DNA of 62,974 nt, counting the filler, from Myxococcota bacterium (GTDB lineage Bacteria > Myxococcota_C > UBA6777), in NCBI GenBank assembly GCA_023150835.1. It is 9 parts of 9 records of this genome, joined end to end, with 100 filler letters (N's around TTAATTAATTAA, not from the genome) between each part and the next. Parts side by side here need not be neighbours in the genome. Positions count along the whole stretch, not along the records: positions 1 to 10,254 come from JAKLKB010000211.1; positions 10,355 to 16,094 come from JAKLKB010000214.1; 7 more parts are not named here. One strand, 5' to 3'. A program made the translations under genes and the position numbers. Within the stretch, counting starts at the first letter, position 1, and every line of letters starts with the position of its first letter. Positions 1 to 10,905 of the stretch are shown here, piece by piece. Under the pieces are notes generated by a model that worked only from the letters and a program-made list of their open reading frames with translations, was not told the origin of the DNA and did no database searches.

Positions 1-240
1 AGCAGCCTTACCCAAGGACTGTCCGCGTGTCGCGCAGAGGCATCGGACTGGAGAAGCATCCGACTGTGCCTCTCTATTCTCTCCCAACGTTTCCTCCACC
101 AAAGTTTCCCTCGGCTTCTGGGGGCGGGTCAACGGGGCTTTCCGAAGCAAGCCCGCTCCATGTCGGGGCGGGTCGTTGACCCTGCGGTTCTCCTGTCGTC
201 GTTGCGCGCTGTTTCGCTGCGCGGTGGAAGTGAGGGGCGT

Positions 241-741
241 TTACTTGGCGCTTTCCCACTCGCGGAGGCGTTTTTGAAAGAACACATTTTTGCTCTCAAA
301 CGTCGAGGCCATGCGAAGGGTCTGGATCGCTTTGACCCGATCCCCCGACTGATAGAGGCGTTCCGCTTCTTGGTAGAGCTTGCGTCCTTGGGGGGTTGTG
401 CCACCTGCGGCCACTTTGTTCTCTCGCAAACGCTTCTCGTCTTCGTCCGTGTATCGTAGCCTTTTCTGGGGTGCTGTCAAACCTTCGTTGTAGAAGGCGC
501 GCTTGTCGTCGTCGCGCAACACAAGATAAGCCTCCGTCACGCGCTTGTATACCCGATCAATCGCGACTTTGAGTTGTTCGTCTGTGCTTTCGAAAAACAA
601 ATCGGGGTGCAGCGTACGTGCGCGGCGATGATACGCCACGCGGATATCGCCGCTGTTTGCGTTGCGTTGTAGCCCGAGCAGTTGGTAATAGTCCAACTCG
701 TCGATCCGCGACGCAAGAGCCATAAGTTTCTGAATATCCAT
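241..741 (-). CDS. J-domain (DnaJ-like) protein with a C-terminal TPR-like helical segment
   Basis: DYYQLLGL...IRVAYHRRARTLHPD...VTEAYLVLRDDDKRAFY J-domain with HPD; lies downstream of an Hsp70 gene. Confidence 0.85.
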   Translation of the reverse strand: MDIQKLMALASRIDELDYYQLLGLQRNANSGDIRVAYHRRARTLHPDLFFESTDEQLKVAIDRVYKRVTEAYLVLRDDDKRAFYNEGLTAPQKRLRYTDEDEKRLRENKVAAGGTTPQGRKLYQEAERLYQSGDRVKAIQTLRMASTFESKNVFFQKRLREWESAK

Positions 742-850
742 CCGCTCCTAAACCTCCGCCTTTCCCCTACACATCGAACCGATCCATCCGCCAACTTGTT
801 CCCATCCTCTCGGCGCTCGCAAGAGACCGTACCGCCCCTGCACACCGCGC

Positions 851-2443
851 TTATCCATTCGCCAACTCCATCCCTGCGCCGCGTTGGCTGAGTCGTACCA
901 CTTCGTCCTCGCTTAGCGCGCTTGAGAGCGCAACCGTCATGCGTTGGCGCAAGCCTGTTTCGAGATCTCGTGCCGTCACATGCACCAGCCCCGATGCGTC
1001 GATACTAAACGTCACTTCGATCCGCGCTTGCCCCCGATAACCGATGCGGAAACCTTCAAAATCAAAATACCCCAGCAAGACATTCTCTTCTTCGCGATTC
1101 GATTCGCCCTGATACACCCGAATATTCACCCGCTCTTGGCCGTCTCGAACCGTCGTAAAGATCCGCGAACGCTCGATCGGGATCGGCGTATTCCGCTCGA
1201 TCAACATCTCCGTGTATCCCCCCACCGTCGCGATCTGCAACGACAGCGGTGTGACGTCCAGCAAGTGCGCTGCTCCGATGTGCCCGCCTCGTGCCGCACC
1301 GCTTTGGATCAAGCTGTGCGCATGAATGGCTGCTCCCAGCGCCACCACTTCGTCCGGGTTCAACGAGACGTTCGGCGGTTGCCCAAAGTAGTACTGCACC
1401 GCCTCCCGCACCAACGGAAGCCTTGTCGGCCCACCCACAAGGATCACCCCATCCAACTCTTTTGGATGCAACCTCGCTGCCCCCAACGCTTCATCGCAGA
1501 CCTTGAATGTCCGTTGCACAAGGTCCGTCACCAAGCTATTGAACTCTTTTTGCGAGACCATGTACTCCAAACTCATGCTGCGACCGCGATCCACAAAGAT
1601 ATCTGGGATCGACACCAACACTTCGGGATGCACCGACAACAGCTTTTTCGCCTCTTCACAGGCTTCTCGCAGCTTTTGCAGGCTCTGCCGATTTTGACGC
1701 AGATCCACCCGCGTATCCCGCAGATAACGATCCACCAAATACTCTGTCATCCGCATATCAAAGTCGTCACCACCCAGATACGAGTCTCCCGCCGTCCCCA
1801 ACACCTCGAAGATATCGCCGTCGATCTCCATCACCGACAAGTCAAATGTCCCGCCGCCCAGATCGTAGATCGCCACCCGCTGACGCAACTCTCGACCATA
1901 ACCGTACGCAAGGGCCGCTGCCGTCGGCTCGTTGATCATCCGCAACACATTCAGTCCTGCGATCCGCCCCGAGTCCAACGTCGCTTGGCGTTGGTTGTCG
2001 TTAAAGTACGCAGGCACCGTCACCACCGCATCCACGATATCGTCTTGAACATACGCCGACGCGAGGTTGCGCATCTCCCGCAAGATGAATGCGGAGATCT
2101 CTTCGGGAGAAAAAAGCTGGCCATCGATCATCAAGCGGATCGCGTGGTTGTCTGACTCGACGATCTGGTACGCACAAAACGTCTGCGCCTTCTTCACTTC
2201 GTGCGAAAAGCTCTTGCGACCGAGGATCCGCTTGACCGACCACACCGTCCGATCTGGATCGAGGATCACGTGCCGCTTCGCTTCGTTTCCGACGATCACG
2301 CGGTCGCCACCGGGAAAATGCACCACCGAGGCATGCAAGTTGTCTCCCCACTGATTCGGTACCACGATCGGTGCGCCGTTGGCCACCACTCCAACGCAAG
2401 AGTTTGTCGTTCCCAAGTCGATGCCTATGGCGTGTTTTCCCAT
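851..2443 (-). CDS. Hsp70/DnaK-family protein, short form lacking the helical lid
   Basis: [53 protein letters not shown]; only 530 aa. Confidence 0.92.
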   Translation of the reverse strand: MGKHAIGIDLGTTNSCVGVVANGAPIVVPNQWGDNLHASVVHFPGGDRVIVGNEAKRHVILDPDRTVWSVKRILGRKSFSHEVKKAQTFCAYQIVESDNHAIRLMIDGQLFSPEEISAFILREMRNLASAYVQDDIVDAVVTVPAYFNDNQRQATLDSGRIAGLNVLRMINEPTAAALAYGYGRELRQRVAIYDLGGGTFDLSVMEIDGDIFEVLGTAGDSYLGGDDFDMRMTEYLVDRYLRDTRVDLRQNRQSLQKLREACEEAKKLLSVHPEVLVSIPDIFVDRGRSMSLEYMVSQKEFNSLVTDLVQRTFKVCDEALGAARLHPKELDGVILVGGPTRLPLVREAVQYYFGQPPNVSLNPDEVVALGAAIHAHSLIQSGAARGGHIGAAHLLDVTPLSLQIATVGGYTEMLIERNTPIPIERSRIFTTVRDGQERVNIRVYQGESNREEENVLLGYFDFEGFRIGYRGQARIEVTFSIDASGLVHVTARDLETGLRQRMTVALSSALSEDEVVRLSQRGAGMELANG

Positions 2444-2444
2444 C

Positions 2445-3599
2445 TCAGCACCCCAACAAACGTGCGATCACCATACGCTGGATCTCCGAAGTCCCTTCGC
2501 CGATCTCCAACAGCTTTTGATCGCGGTAAAAACGTTCGACGTGGTATTCGTTGATCAGCCCGTAGCCACCGTGTATCTGCACCGCATCCGCCACCACCCG
2601 CTTCATCACTTCTGAGCAATATAGCTTGGCCATCGCTGCTTCTTTCTTGAAGTCTCGCTTGTGGTCGCACAACCAGCACGCCTTGTACAATAGATTGCGC
2701 GCTGCTTCGATCTCCATCGCCATATCCGCCAACTTGAACGAGATCGCTTGGAACTGACTGATCGCTTTGCCAAATTGCTTGCGTTCTTTCGCATAGTTCA
2801 GCGCCATCTCAAACGCCCCTTGCGCCCCTCCCAAGCCCATCGAACCGATGCTCAAACGTCCCTTGTCCAACGTCGCCAACATCTGACGAAAACCATCCCC
2901 TCGCCGACCCAACATCGCACTCTCTGGCAGTTCCACATCCTCAAAATACAACTCTGCTGTATTCGAGGCACGCCACATCATCTTGCCGTGGATACTGCGC
3001 GACGTAAATCCCGGCGTTCCTTTCGCGGGCATCAAGAAATTCGAGTATTCCTTCTTTCCTCCCACCGAGTCCTCCGTCACCGCTTGCACCACGATCACCT
3101 CGGTCATCTCGGTCGCGCCGTTCGTAATAAAGATCTTGCTCCCGTTCAGCACCCATCCCTTGTCCGTCTTGCGCGCCCGTGTTTGCGTCCCTCCCGCGTC
3201 CGATCCCGCGTTCGGCTCCGTCAATCCAAACGCAGCCAACCCTTTTCCCTCCGCCAACATCGGCAACCAACGCTCTTTTTGCTCCTCGTTCCCAAAATAC
3301 GCGATCGGTCCCACACCCAATGAATTCGCCGCCGCCACCGTCGCGGCATGCGAACCATCCACTCGTGCGATCTCTTCTACTGCCAACACATACGTCAGAT
3401 AATCCGATGCCATCCCACCATATTGCTCAGGAATCAAAAAGGCAAACATCCCCAACTCGCCCATCTTCCGGGTCAACTCAACACTAAATTCTTCTTTGGC
3501 ATCCAACGCTATCGCACGCGGCTTGATCTCGGCTTCTGCGAATCGACGGATCTGTTGGCGAAACTCTTCTTGCTCGGGACTCAGATCAAAGTTTAACAT
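2445..3599 (-). CDS. acyl-CoA dehydrogenase
   Basis: [51 protein letters not shown] at 3599 preceded by GGAGAAGG. Confidence 0.95.
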   Translation of the reverse strand: MLNFDLSPEQEEFRQQIRRFAEAEIKPRAIALDAKEEFSVELTRKMGELGMFAFLIPEQYGGMASDYLTYVLAVEEIARVDGSHAATVAAANSLGVGPIAYFGNEEQKERWLPMLAEGKGLAAFGLTEPNAGSDAGGTQTRARKTDKGWVLNGSKIFITNGATEMTEVIVVQAVTEDSVGGKKEYSNFLMPAKGTPGFTSRSIHGKMMWRASNTAELYFEDVELPESAMLGRRGDGFRQMLATLDKGRLSIGSMGLGGAQGAFEMALNYAKERKQFGKAISQFQAISFKLADMAMEIEAARNLLYKACWLCDHKRDFKKEAAMAKLYCSEVMKRVVADAVQIHGGYGLINEYHVERFYRDQKLLEIGEGTSEIQRMVIARLLGC

Positions 3600-3727
3600 C
3601 TGCCTTCTCCTGCCCTCTCTCGCGGCTTTGGGGGACTGTTGCGAAACATACGCCGCTATGATAGCCAACTCCCCCCCGCTCGACAATAGAAGTCTTTCAC
3701 GAATTCAAACAAAGGACACTCACGCTG

Positions 3728-4858
3728 ATGATCCCACACACACACCGCTCTCTTTCTCCTCTGTTCATCCAACCCATCCACCGCTCTCTTTCGCTCTTTC
3801 TTCTCCTTGCCTTTCTGCTCGTACCACCCCTTCGACCCACCACTCCCCTCGCCCAAACTCCTCCTCTCCCCAAGATCCGTATCCTCCCCGAACCTCCCCT
3901 CTGGAGCTTCCATGCCCAACAAGCCGTCCTACACCTCGATCTCCACCTCCAAAGTACTCCCCAAGAACCCCTCTCCTTGCGCTTCGCCCAACTCTACGCC
4001 GCTTCCAAAGGCCAAACCCTTCACATCCACGTCTTTTCCAAAGACACCCTTCTCGCTTATGCCCGTCGCTTCGACTCCCAACAACGCGCTTGGCTCCCCC
4101 ACCACTCAACCGACCTCCCGCCCTCCAGCGATCTTGTCTTGTCCCTCCCTCCCCTCCGTTATCCACGCCATCAAACCCCCGATTCCTTGCTCCTCCGCCT
4201 TTACTTCCAACAAGGCCCCCGCGCCCTTCAACGCACCCTTTCCATCCAACCCCAGTCTCCCGCTCTTCCTCACCTCCGCTTTCCCGTCCGTGGCCGCTGG
4301 TGGGTCGCCAACGGACACGGACCCGCCGCACCCCACCGTCATCGGCTCCGCGAACCCTCCGCTCCCTTCCTTGCCCCCCAACGCTTTGCCCTCGATCTCT
4401 TGCGCATCGACCACAACAACCGCATCCATCGCGGCGCTCCCCACCAAAACGAAAGCTTCCTCGGATTCTCCGAACAAGTCTATGCCCCCGCTGACGGACA
4501 GATCCACTCCATCGAACGCCACCACCCCGACCCCCACCCCGGTCGACCCGACAAACAAAATCCCCTCGGAAACTACATCCTGATCCAACACACACACCAA
4601 CTCTTTTCCTTGCTCGCCCACCTCAAACAAGGCTCCATCCAAGTCGAACCCAAACAATCCGTTAAAGCTGGACAATGGATCGCCCGCGTCGGAAACAGCG
4701 GCGACGGCTCCACTCCCCACCTCCATTTCCAACTCCTGCGCTCCCCACAACCCGAATCCGCACCCTCTCTCCCTCCCCTCTTCTGGGGACTCTCCGCACC
4801 TCTCGGTACCTTCTCTCCCTTCTGCCCCCAAGACGGACAAATCGTCCTCGCTTTCTAA
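3728..4858 (+). CDS. M23-family metallopeptidase, probably exported
   Basis: VYAPADG, GNYILIQH, AHLKQGSIQV, VGNSGDGSTPHLHFQ; N-terminal hydrophobic stretch. Confidence 0.85.
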   Translation: MIPHTHRSLSPLFIQPIHRSLSLFLLLAFLLVPPLRPTTPLAQTPPLPKIRILPEPPLWSFHAQQAVLHLDLHLQSTPQEPLSLRFAQLYAASKGQTLHIHVFSKDTLLAYARRFDSQQRAWLPHHSTDLPPSSDLVLSLPPLRYPRHQTPDSLLLRLYFQQGPRALQRTLSIQPQSPALPHLRFPVRGRWWVANGHGPAAPHRHRLREPSAPFLAPQRFALDLLRIDHNNRIHRGAPHQNESFLGFSEQVYAPADGQIHSIERHHPDPHPGRPDKQNPLGNYILIQHTHQLFSLLAHLKQGSIQVEPKQSVKAGQWIARVGNSGDGSTPHLHFQLLRSPQPESAPSLPPLFWGLSAPLGTFSPFCPQDGQIVLAF

Positions 4859-4886
4859 CCTTATACGATCTCCAAGCGATGCGTGA

Positions 4887-5798
4887 TCAAAGCATCGTCC
4901 CATACACATCGATACGCGGCGCACCCTGCAATCGCTCCCTCACCCTTTCAACATCCCTCACAAACAACGCATTGTCACTCGAAACCCCCTCCACTTCCAC
5001 CGCGCCCATCTGGTCTCCCAATGCGTACAGCGTCCGATTCATCGGATTGTACGCATACGCACCAAATCCCAAAGACAGCATATACCGAAACAATTCTCCC
5101 TCGTCATAACCATACCGTTCTCCCGCTCCCCCCAGTTCCATGATCACCGAATGCAGGCCGGGCTCTCGAAAAGTCTTCTCTCCCCCCCTCACCACCGCCG
5201 TCTCAAAACCTTCCACATCGATCTTGATCACCGACGGCACCGCTCCCCCCAAGATCCCATCCAAGGTCCGTACTTGCACCGACACCGTTTCTTTTCCCTG
5301 ATCCTCTAAACCTGCCACCCGATTCATCGTGTTCTCCGAGCGCGTAAACAACATCTCCCCCTCTTTCTCCGCCAATCCAATGTTCAGCGCCGTCACCCGC
5401 TCGCTCAAATCATTCAAACGCACATTCGCCGACAGCCTCGAAAAGGTCTCCGGCACAGGCTCCACACAAATCCCCCTCGCCTTCCTCCCCCCACACGCCA
5501 ACAACGTGTACGAACCCACATTCGCCCCGATATCCACAAACAGGTCTTCCGAACCCAACGTATGCAGCACGTACCCCATCGACGAAAATTCATGCAAACC
5601 ACAATACACATTCCCCGTCAGGCCCGTCTCTCTCGAACGCAGCAAAAACTTGAGCCCCATGATCCAATCATACGCCAACTCGCCCTGCACCAATCGCCCA
5701 CCCACCTGCCAACGCACATAACGAGACAACGCATCCAGCCGATGCTCCCGATTGATCGGATGATTCCACAAAAAACGCAACGTCGATAACAATCCCAT
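4887..5798 (-). CDS. FkbM-family methyltransferase
   Basis: FVDIGANVGSYT, VEPVP, IKIDVEGFE motifs. Confidence 0.9.
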   Translation of the reverse strand: MGLLSTLRFLWNHPINREHRLDALSRYVRWQVGGRLVQGELAYDWIMGLKFLLRSRETGLTGNVYCGLHEFSSMGYVLHTLGSEDLFVDIGANVGSYTLLACGGRKARGICVEPVPETFSRLSANVRLNDLSERVTALNIGLAEKEGEMLFTRSENTMNRVAGLEDQGKETVSVQVRTLDGILGGAVPSVIKIDVEGFETAVVRGGEKTFREPGLHSVIMELGGAGERYGYDEGELFRYMLSLGFGAYAYNPMNRTLYALGDQMGAVEVEGVSSDNALFVRDVERVRERLQGAPRIDVYGTML

Positions 5799-5927
5799 TG
5801 ACCGCTCCTTACTGCGGATAGAAGTTTTCTGTTCCTTTCACGTCGATCATTTCTGATCGACAAGGGGTCATTCGCTCTCCGTTGATGCTCCGCCCCCCAA
5901 GGGGAATAGAAGTCTTGCTTTGCTTGG

Positions 5928-6204
5928 ATGGGGCGCTGCCCCATAGGCGTTAGGTTAAGGTGAAAACCTCGTAGAGTCGGTCTTGATCGCCTTTTCTTTT
6001 GTTCTCCCCCCCCCTCAATCCCCCCGTGAACGGGGGGAAGTTGGAACGGGCAGCGTCTGCATTTCGTGCATACAGCGTGCGTCATGAAAAAACAAAATCC
6101 CCGAGGCTTCCGACTTTCGCTCCCTCCCCTGTTCACGGGGGAGGGCAGGGCGGGGTGGGGGGCTTTCCTCCGCTTCACAAGGCGCGTATGGGGCGCTGCC
6201 CCCC
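5928..6204. repeat. Repeat family A: ~220-bp MITE-like core (TTAAGGTG...CGCTTCA) between hairpin-bearing flanks
   Basis: Near-identical copies at about 21436-21725, 32347-32528 (rc), 53426-53637 (rc), 62828-62974 and a start at 16043-16094; internal hairpins CCCCCCGTGAACGGGGGG and CTCCCCTGTTCACGGGGGAG. Confidence 0.9.
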
Positions 6205-6266
6205 GCACTCAGCGCATCCGCCCACTCTGCCCCTAACCACCGCACTCAGCACTTCCGCCAACAGCA

Positions 6267-7691
6267 TCAACCGATCGCAGGCAGCGCATCCGCCGACGTC
6301 ATCTGGCGATCTGCGTACACCGAATCGCTCACAAAAAACGCCTCATGCAACGCCTTCATCGCCTCGATCGCGTAGTTGGGTTCCGTCACCAACGTCACGT
6401 TGATCCGCGAAGCTCCCTGCGAGATCATGTGCAACGGGATCTGACGATCCCCCAACATCGCAAAGATCCGACCCAACAACGACGAATCTTGCCGCAGCCC
6501 CGAACCCACCAAACACAACAGGCTGCGCTCTTTCTTTTGCTCGACATTCGCAAACGCCGATATCTCCGCAATCGCCGCGTCCAGATCTCCTTCCCAATAA
6601 TCGAACGTCATCGAAACCGACACTTCGCTCGTTGTGATCGCATCGACAGACACTTGATGCCGCGACAAGATCTCGAAGATCCGCGACAAAAACCCCGGCG
6701 CTTCCAACATCCCCAACGAACGCACCAACAGCGAACGCACATTCTTGCGCAGCGCGATCGCACGCAACGGCTCGCTCGGGGCCTTGTCGTCGATCAACGT
6801 CCCTTGCAGATATCGCGGATCTGGATCGTTTGGATCGACATGAAACGTCCCCAACACCCGCACCGGAATCCCATTGCGACGCGCTGGTTCGATCGTTCGC
6901 GGATGCAGCACCTTGGCCCCGAAAAACGCCAACTCCGCTGCTTCTTCAAAACTCACCGCCGGCACCAACGAGGTATTCCCCACCACTCGCGGATCCGCTC
7001 GCAAGATCCCCGGAACATCCGTCCATATCTGGATCTCATCCACCTTCGCCGCCGCACCAAACACCGCTGCTGAAAAGTCCGATCCTCCACGACCCAACGT
7101 CGTGATCTCGCCCTGAATCGACCGCGCAATAAACCCCGTCACCACCGCGATCTCATCCGATTGCAACCGCGCCACCGCACCCTCGATCTCAGGATAACAC
7201 TCCGGTAACACTCCCGCCCGCGTATACCGCTGATCTGTACGCATCCCCAATTCCCAACTGTCCCACGCCTTCGCTGGATGCCCCATCTTCCGCAACGTCG
7301 CCGCCAACAACCTCACACTCATCCGCTCCCCAAGCGATGCCAACATATCCCGCACCCTCGGACTCACCTCCCTCAACAAAAAAATACCCCCCAACACCCG
7401 ACGCAGCTCCTCATACTGCGCTTCGATCAAACCAAAACCCAAACCCAGCTTCTCGATGATCGCATCGTGCCGCCCAATAATCTGCTTCTCTAATTCCTGA
7501 TACGCCTCCCCTCTTTGCGCTTGCTCCGCCACCTCCAACAGCATATCCGTCACACCGCCCAGCGCCGACACCACCACGATCGGCCAGCGCGTCTCCCGCG
7601 CTACCAACTGCGCCGTCCTTGTCATCGCCTCAGGCGTCCCCACACTCGTCCCACCAAACTTCATCACCACTTTTCCTTGATGCCGACTCAC
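6267..7691 (-). CDS. lysC: aspartate kinase with ACT domains
   Basis: VMKFGGTSVG, VVVSALGGVTD, TTLGRGGSDFSAA, IWTDVPG, GAKVLHPRT, TTSEVSVSMT; follows lysA. Confidence 0.95.
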   Translation of the reverse strand: MSRHQGKVVMKFGGTSVGTPEAMTRTAQLVARETRWPIVVVSALGGVTDMLLEVAEQAQRGEAYQELEKQIIGRHDAIIEKLGLGFGLIEAQYEELRRVLGGIFLLREVSPRVRDMLASLGERMSVRLLAATLRKMGHPAKAWDSWELGMRTDQRYTRAGVLPECYPEIEGAVARLQSDEIAVVTGFIARSIQGEITTLGRGGSDFSAAVFGAAAKVDEIQIWTDVPGILRADPRVVGNTSLVPAVSFEEAAELAFFGAKVLHPRTIEPARRNGIPVRVLGTFHVDPNDPDPRYLQGTLIDDKAPSEPLRAIALRKNVRSLLVRSLGMLEAPGFLSRIFEILSRHQVSVDAITTSEVSVSMTFDYWEGDLDAAIAEISAFANVEQKKERSLLCLVGSGLRQDSSLLGRIFAMLGDRQIPLHMISQGASRINVTLVTEPNYAIEAMKALHEAFFVSDSVYADRQMTSADALPAIG

Positions 7692-7791
7692 TTATGCCGC
7701 CTTTCTTCCGTGTCCTTGACTTTTTACATACAGCCTCTTCGCTGCGCTTCTTTCTTTGATGCCCACACATACGGACTCTTCGCTTCGCTGC

Positions 7792-9132
7792 TTATTCGCC
7801 TTGGCGTTTCAACGATGCTGGGATGCAATCAAGCCGCAACATCGATGCGGCATCTTCGCGCATAGCCAACAACTCCGCCCGTCCTTCGGAGACCATCACC
7901 ACCGCAGGACGCGCCACCCGATTGTACTGGCTCGCCATGCTGTATGTGTACGCTCCCGTTGACAAGAACGCCACAACATCATCCACCCGAATATGCGGAA
8001 GATACACATCTTTTTGCAACATATCCCCCGACTCACAACAACGACCCGAGATCGACCACAGCGTATCGGGCTTTTCATTCATCCGATTTGCCAAGGCCAC
8101 TTGGTATTTGGCGTTGTACAGCGCAAAGCGCGGATTGTCCGTCATCCCGCCATCCACGCTCGCATAATTGCGTACACCCTCGATCTCTTTGATGCTCTGC
8201 ACCGTGTACAACGTGACACCCGCTCGACCCACGATCGAACGCCCCGGCTCATCGCACAACAACGGCGGTTCCACCTCGTACTCTTCCGCCAGTTCCATCA
8301 CTCGCCGGCGCATCCGCGCAAGATGCTCGCCCACCGATGGCGGGACATCATCCTCCGTATAACGAATCCCGATCCCTCCCCCCATATTCAACTCATCCAA
8401 CGGCGCTCCCAACTCTTTTTGCACATACGCATAAAACCGCATCATCGACTCTACCGCCACCGAAAACGGCTTCAAATCGAAGATCTGCGAACCGATATGA
8501 CAGTGCAAACCCACCAGCCTCAATCGCGGATATCGCAAGATCTTCAACACCGCTTGTTCTGCCGCACCGCTCGCCAAATTAAACCCAAACTTCGAGTCCA
8601 CTTGTCCTGTCTGGATCGCTTGATGTGTCGAAGGCTTTACCCCGGGCGTCACCCGAATAAACACCCGCGCCTCTTTCTCCATCGCTTCCGCCATCTCCCC
8701 CAATCGCTCGATCTCTGCAAGGTTATCGATCACGATCCGACCGATCCCCATCTCCAACGCCAGCCGCAGATCCTCTCGCGTCTTTGCATTCCCGTGCATC
8801 AAGATCCGCTCCGCTGGAAAACCCGCCGCCCTCGCCGTCTCCAACTCCCCCCATGACGCCACATCCAAACCCATCTCTTCTTGTTCCATCAACCGACAAA
8901 AGCCTGTCGTCAAAAACGCCTTGCTTGCATAATACACCCGCGCTCGCGGATACTGCTCGATCTGCTGCTTGTACGCTCGGCAATTCCCCCTCACCACTTC
9001 TTCCAACAACACCACCAACGGACTCCCAAATCGTACCAGCAGATCCCGCACATCATGGCCCGCCAACGTCATCACTCCCGACTCATTCACCCCATAAATC
9101 GGCGGCTCCGTATACACCATCTCTTCCATCAT
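7792..9132 (-). CDS. lysA: diaminopimelate decarboxylase
   Basis: YYASKAF, DSKFG, GLHCHIGSQIF, EPGRSIVG, VDGGMTDNPR, GRCCESGD, TGAYTYSMASQYN; start placed at ATG 9132 after GAAGGGA. Confidence 0.95.
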   Translation of the reverse strand: MMEEMVYTEPPIYGVNESGVMTLAGHDVRDLLVRFGSPLVVLLEEVVRGNCRAYKQQIEQYPRARVYYASKAFLTTGFCRLMEQEEMGLDVASWGELETARAAGFPAERILMHGNAKTREDLRLALEMGIGRIVIDNLAEIERLGEMAEAMEKEARVFIRVTPGVKPSTHQAIQTGQVDSKFGFNLASGAAEQAVLKILRYPRLRLVGLHCHIGSQIFDLKPFSVAVESMMRFYAYVQKELGAPLDELNMGGGIGIRYTEDDVPPSVGEHLARMRRRVMELAEEYEVEPPLLCDEPGRSIVGRAGVTLYTVQSIKEIEGVRNYASVDGGMTDNPRFALYNAKYQVALANRMNEKPDTLWSISGRCCESGDMLQKDVYLPHIRVDDVVAFLSTGAYTYSMASQYNRVARPAVVMVSEGRAELLAMREDAASMLRLDCIPASLKRQGE

Positions 9133-9273
9133 CGCCCATATCCCTTCGTCTCTCTGTGGCCTCGCTCTCAAACGCGCTGCCTCCCTGCTTTTTCTTGCAA
9201 CCATCACTTCCCGTCCTCAGCGACGCGCAGCATAACTCCCCACTCCACCACCGTCAATCTCAACTTCTTCGCT

Positions 9274-9765
9274 TCAACCGACTAAATCCGCCGCATCCAA
9301 GCGCTTTAAGAGGCTTGCGCCTTTTTCTCGCTCCACCACGACGATCTCTTCTGGCTCGAAAAGATCCAAGAATGTCGAAGATTGCGTCGCAAACAGAATC
9401 TGCGTGTGTCTTGACACAAAACGGGCAAGTTCCGCCACCATCCGAATCGCCTTGGGATGCAAGCCAAGTTCCGGCTCGTCGATACTCATCCACCTCGGCA
9501 AAGAACTTGGCTTCGCTCCATCTTCGCAAGGTACGCAGCAAGATTCCCTCCGTCCGTGTGGAGCCGCTGATCGTCTTCCACTCGTGCGTATGTCCTCAAT
9601 GCAGAATTCACCGAAGTATCGTAGAAATGAACAAAAGGTCATCGCATTTAGCCAATCCCAAAACGCAGCAACAACCTGATCTTGCGATGCGGCCTCTTCC
9701 AACGCGCTCTCTCCCAACCCCGCACGGCTTGACTGTGAAATCCTTTCAACCCCATCCACACCCAC
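9274..9765 (-). pseudogene. frameshifted, internally deleted AAA_21-type ATPase
   Basis: One frame gives HFYDTSVNSALRTYARVEDDQRLHTDGGNLAAYLAKM, another gives IDEPELGLHPKAI...QILFATQSSTFLDLFEPEEIVVVERE; no Walker A; region between the two motifs is missing. Confidence 0.75.
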
Positions 9766-9774
9766 CCTCTCCCC

Positions 9775-10052
9775 CTCAGATCGAACGGATCGAACGCGGC
9801 ATGAACCTCACAGGCGTGGAAACCAATATCGTTGTCTCCGTCAAATCCATCTTCTTGATCGCCCCTGATGTTTGGGAACTCACCTACCGCTTGCCCGATG
9901 GCTCTACCCGCGAACAGATGATCCGTAGAGAAGACGAAACACGCATTGAGATCGCCGAAAACGAAAGACCCTTCACTTTTGACGGCGATCCCGCCCGCCT
10001 TCGATCGATCTTGATCGGCTCCAAAGACTCTTGGAACGCGGGTTCTTGTTGA
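9775..10052 (+). pseudogene. N-terminal fragment resembling SNF2/DUF3883-type helicases
   Basis: IERIERGMNLTGVETNIVVSV...TYRLPDGSTREQMIRREDETRIEIAENERPFTFDGDP, then a stop; recognised from memory of the family. Confidence 0.55.
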
Positions 10053-10254
10053 GCCAAGCCGTCGAACAATGGCGCACCCGTGCGATCTGGGTTCTCAGCC
10101 GCGCAGATGCAGATGGCTCATGTTGTGTTTTGAGGTCTTTTTCGAAAAACGTGGTATCATCGGGCTTCATGGCTTGTTTGCCCTTGACATGAGAGGTCTC
10201 AGAGGAACGTCTCGCGACATGACAGTTGAAGAAAACAACGAAAACTCTCGGGGG

Positions 10255-10354
10255 NNNNNNNNNNNNNNNNNNNNNNNNNNNNNNNNNNNNNNNNNNNNTT
10301 AATTAATTAANNNNNNNNNNNNNNNNNNNNNNNNNNNNNNNNNNNNNNNNNNNN
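10255..10354. other. artificial contig linker (first of eight)
   Basis: N44-TTAATTAATTAA-N44, stops in all six frames; also 16095-16194, 27050-27149, 32529-32628, 37927-38026, 48319-48418, 53326-53425, 58220-58319. Confidence 0.99.
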
Positions 10355-10787
10355 GTATTTTAGAGGGAGAAGCAGCGGCGTTGACGGGGCGTAGGGTGCC
10401 ATTGCCGTTAACGCGCTCGATGTAGGGCTGCTCGGTCTCTTGGATCACGATCTCAGGGTCTTGTTCGTGGAGAGCTTCGCCATCGGAGGGAGCGGCATCT
10501 TCGGGAAAAAGGGCTTCTTCGGGGAGGTTCTCGGGGAGGGGTTCGGTCTTTTCGGAGCCACCGTCCGTTTGTTCGGAGGCGCACTGTTTGGGATCGGGGT
10601 TGGATTGAGGAACACAGACTTTTTCGCGGCAGATCAGACCTCGGTCGAGGCAGTCATCAACGCAGGGATGACAGAGAAAATCGGGCCAAGGGCGGAGGAC
10701 ACAAGAGACCGCCATAACAGCCCAGAAGAGAGCGAGCGCCGCGAGCCAAGAAAAAGCCCGATGCCCCAGAGAAACAGGATTCGGCAT
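10355..10787 (-). CDS. exported or lipoprotein Cys-rich protein, 3'-truncated by the gap
   Basis: Signal-like WLAALALFWAVMAVSC, Cys cluster CHPCVDDC...C...C, acidic linker; frame open into the Ns. Confidence 0.6.
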
Positions 10788-10905
10788 CACAAAGACTCCT
10801 TCATACGACAAAAAGACCAAGCCGCTGCTCGCCTTGCGATGAGGCTTTGCAAGCATCCGCAAAGAGACGATGCAGGGGCTTGAGAAGAGTATGCAGGCAA
10901 AAGTC

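Noticed and set aside
1-59. Possible gene start MLLQSDASARH... running off the left edge on the minus strand
   Set aside because: Only 19 codons visible; not enough to support a call.
5945-5956. Integron attC site (GTTAGGT fits GTTRRRY)
   Set aside because: No paired inverse core at cassette distance, no cassette ORFs and no integrase; it is part of repeat family A.
5618-6245. ORFs with MTHAVCTKCRRCPFQLPP (also 21515-21700, 53374-53802)
   Set aside because: Translations of repeat family A; frames are not preserved between copies.
10255-10354. Recurring TTAATTAATTAA motif
   Set aside because: Synthetic six-frame-stop linker inside N runs; ORFs ending in X...LIN are artefacts.
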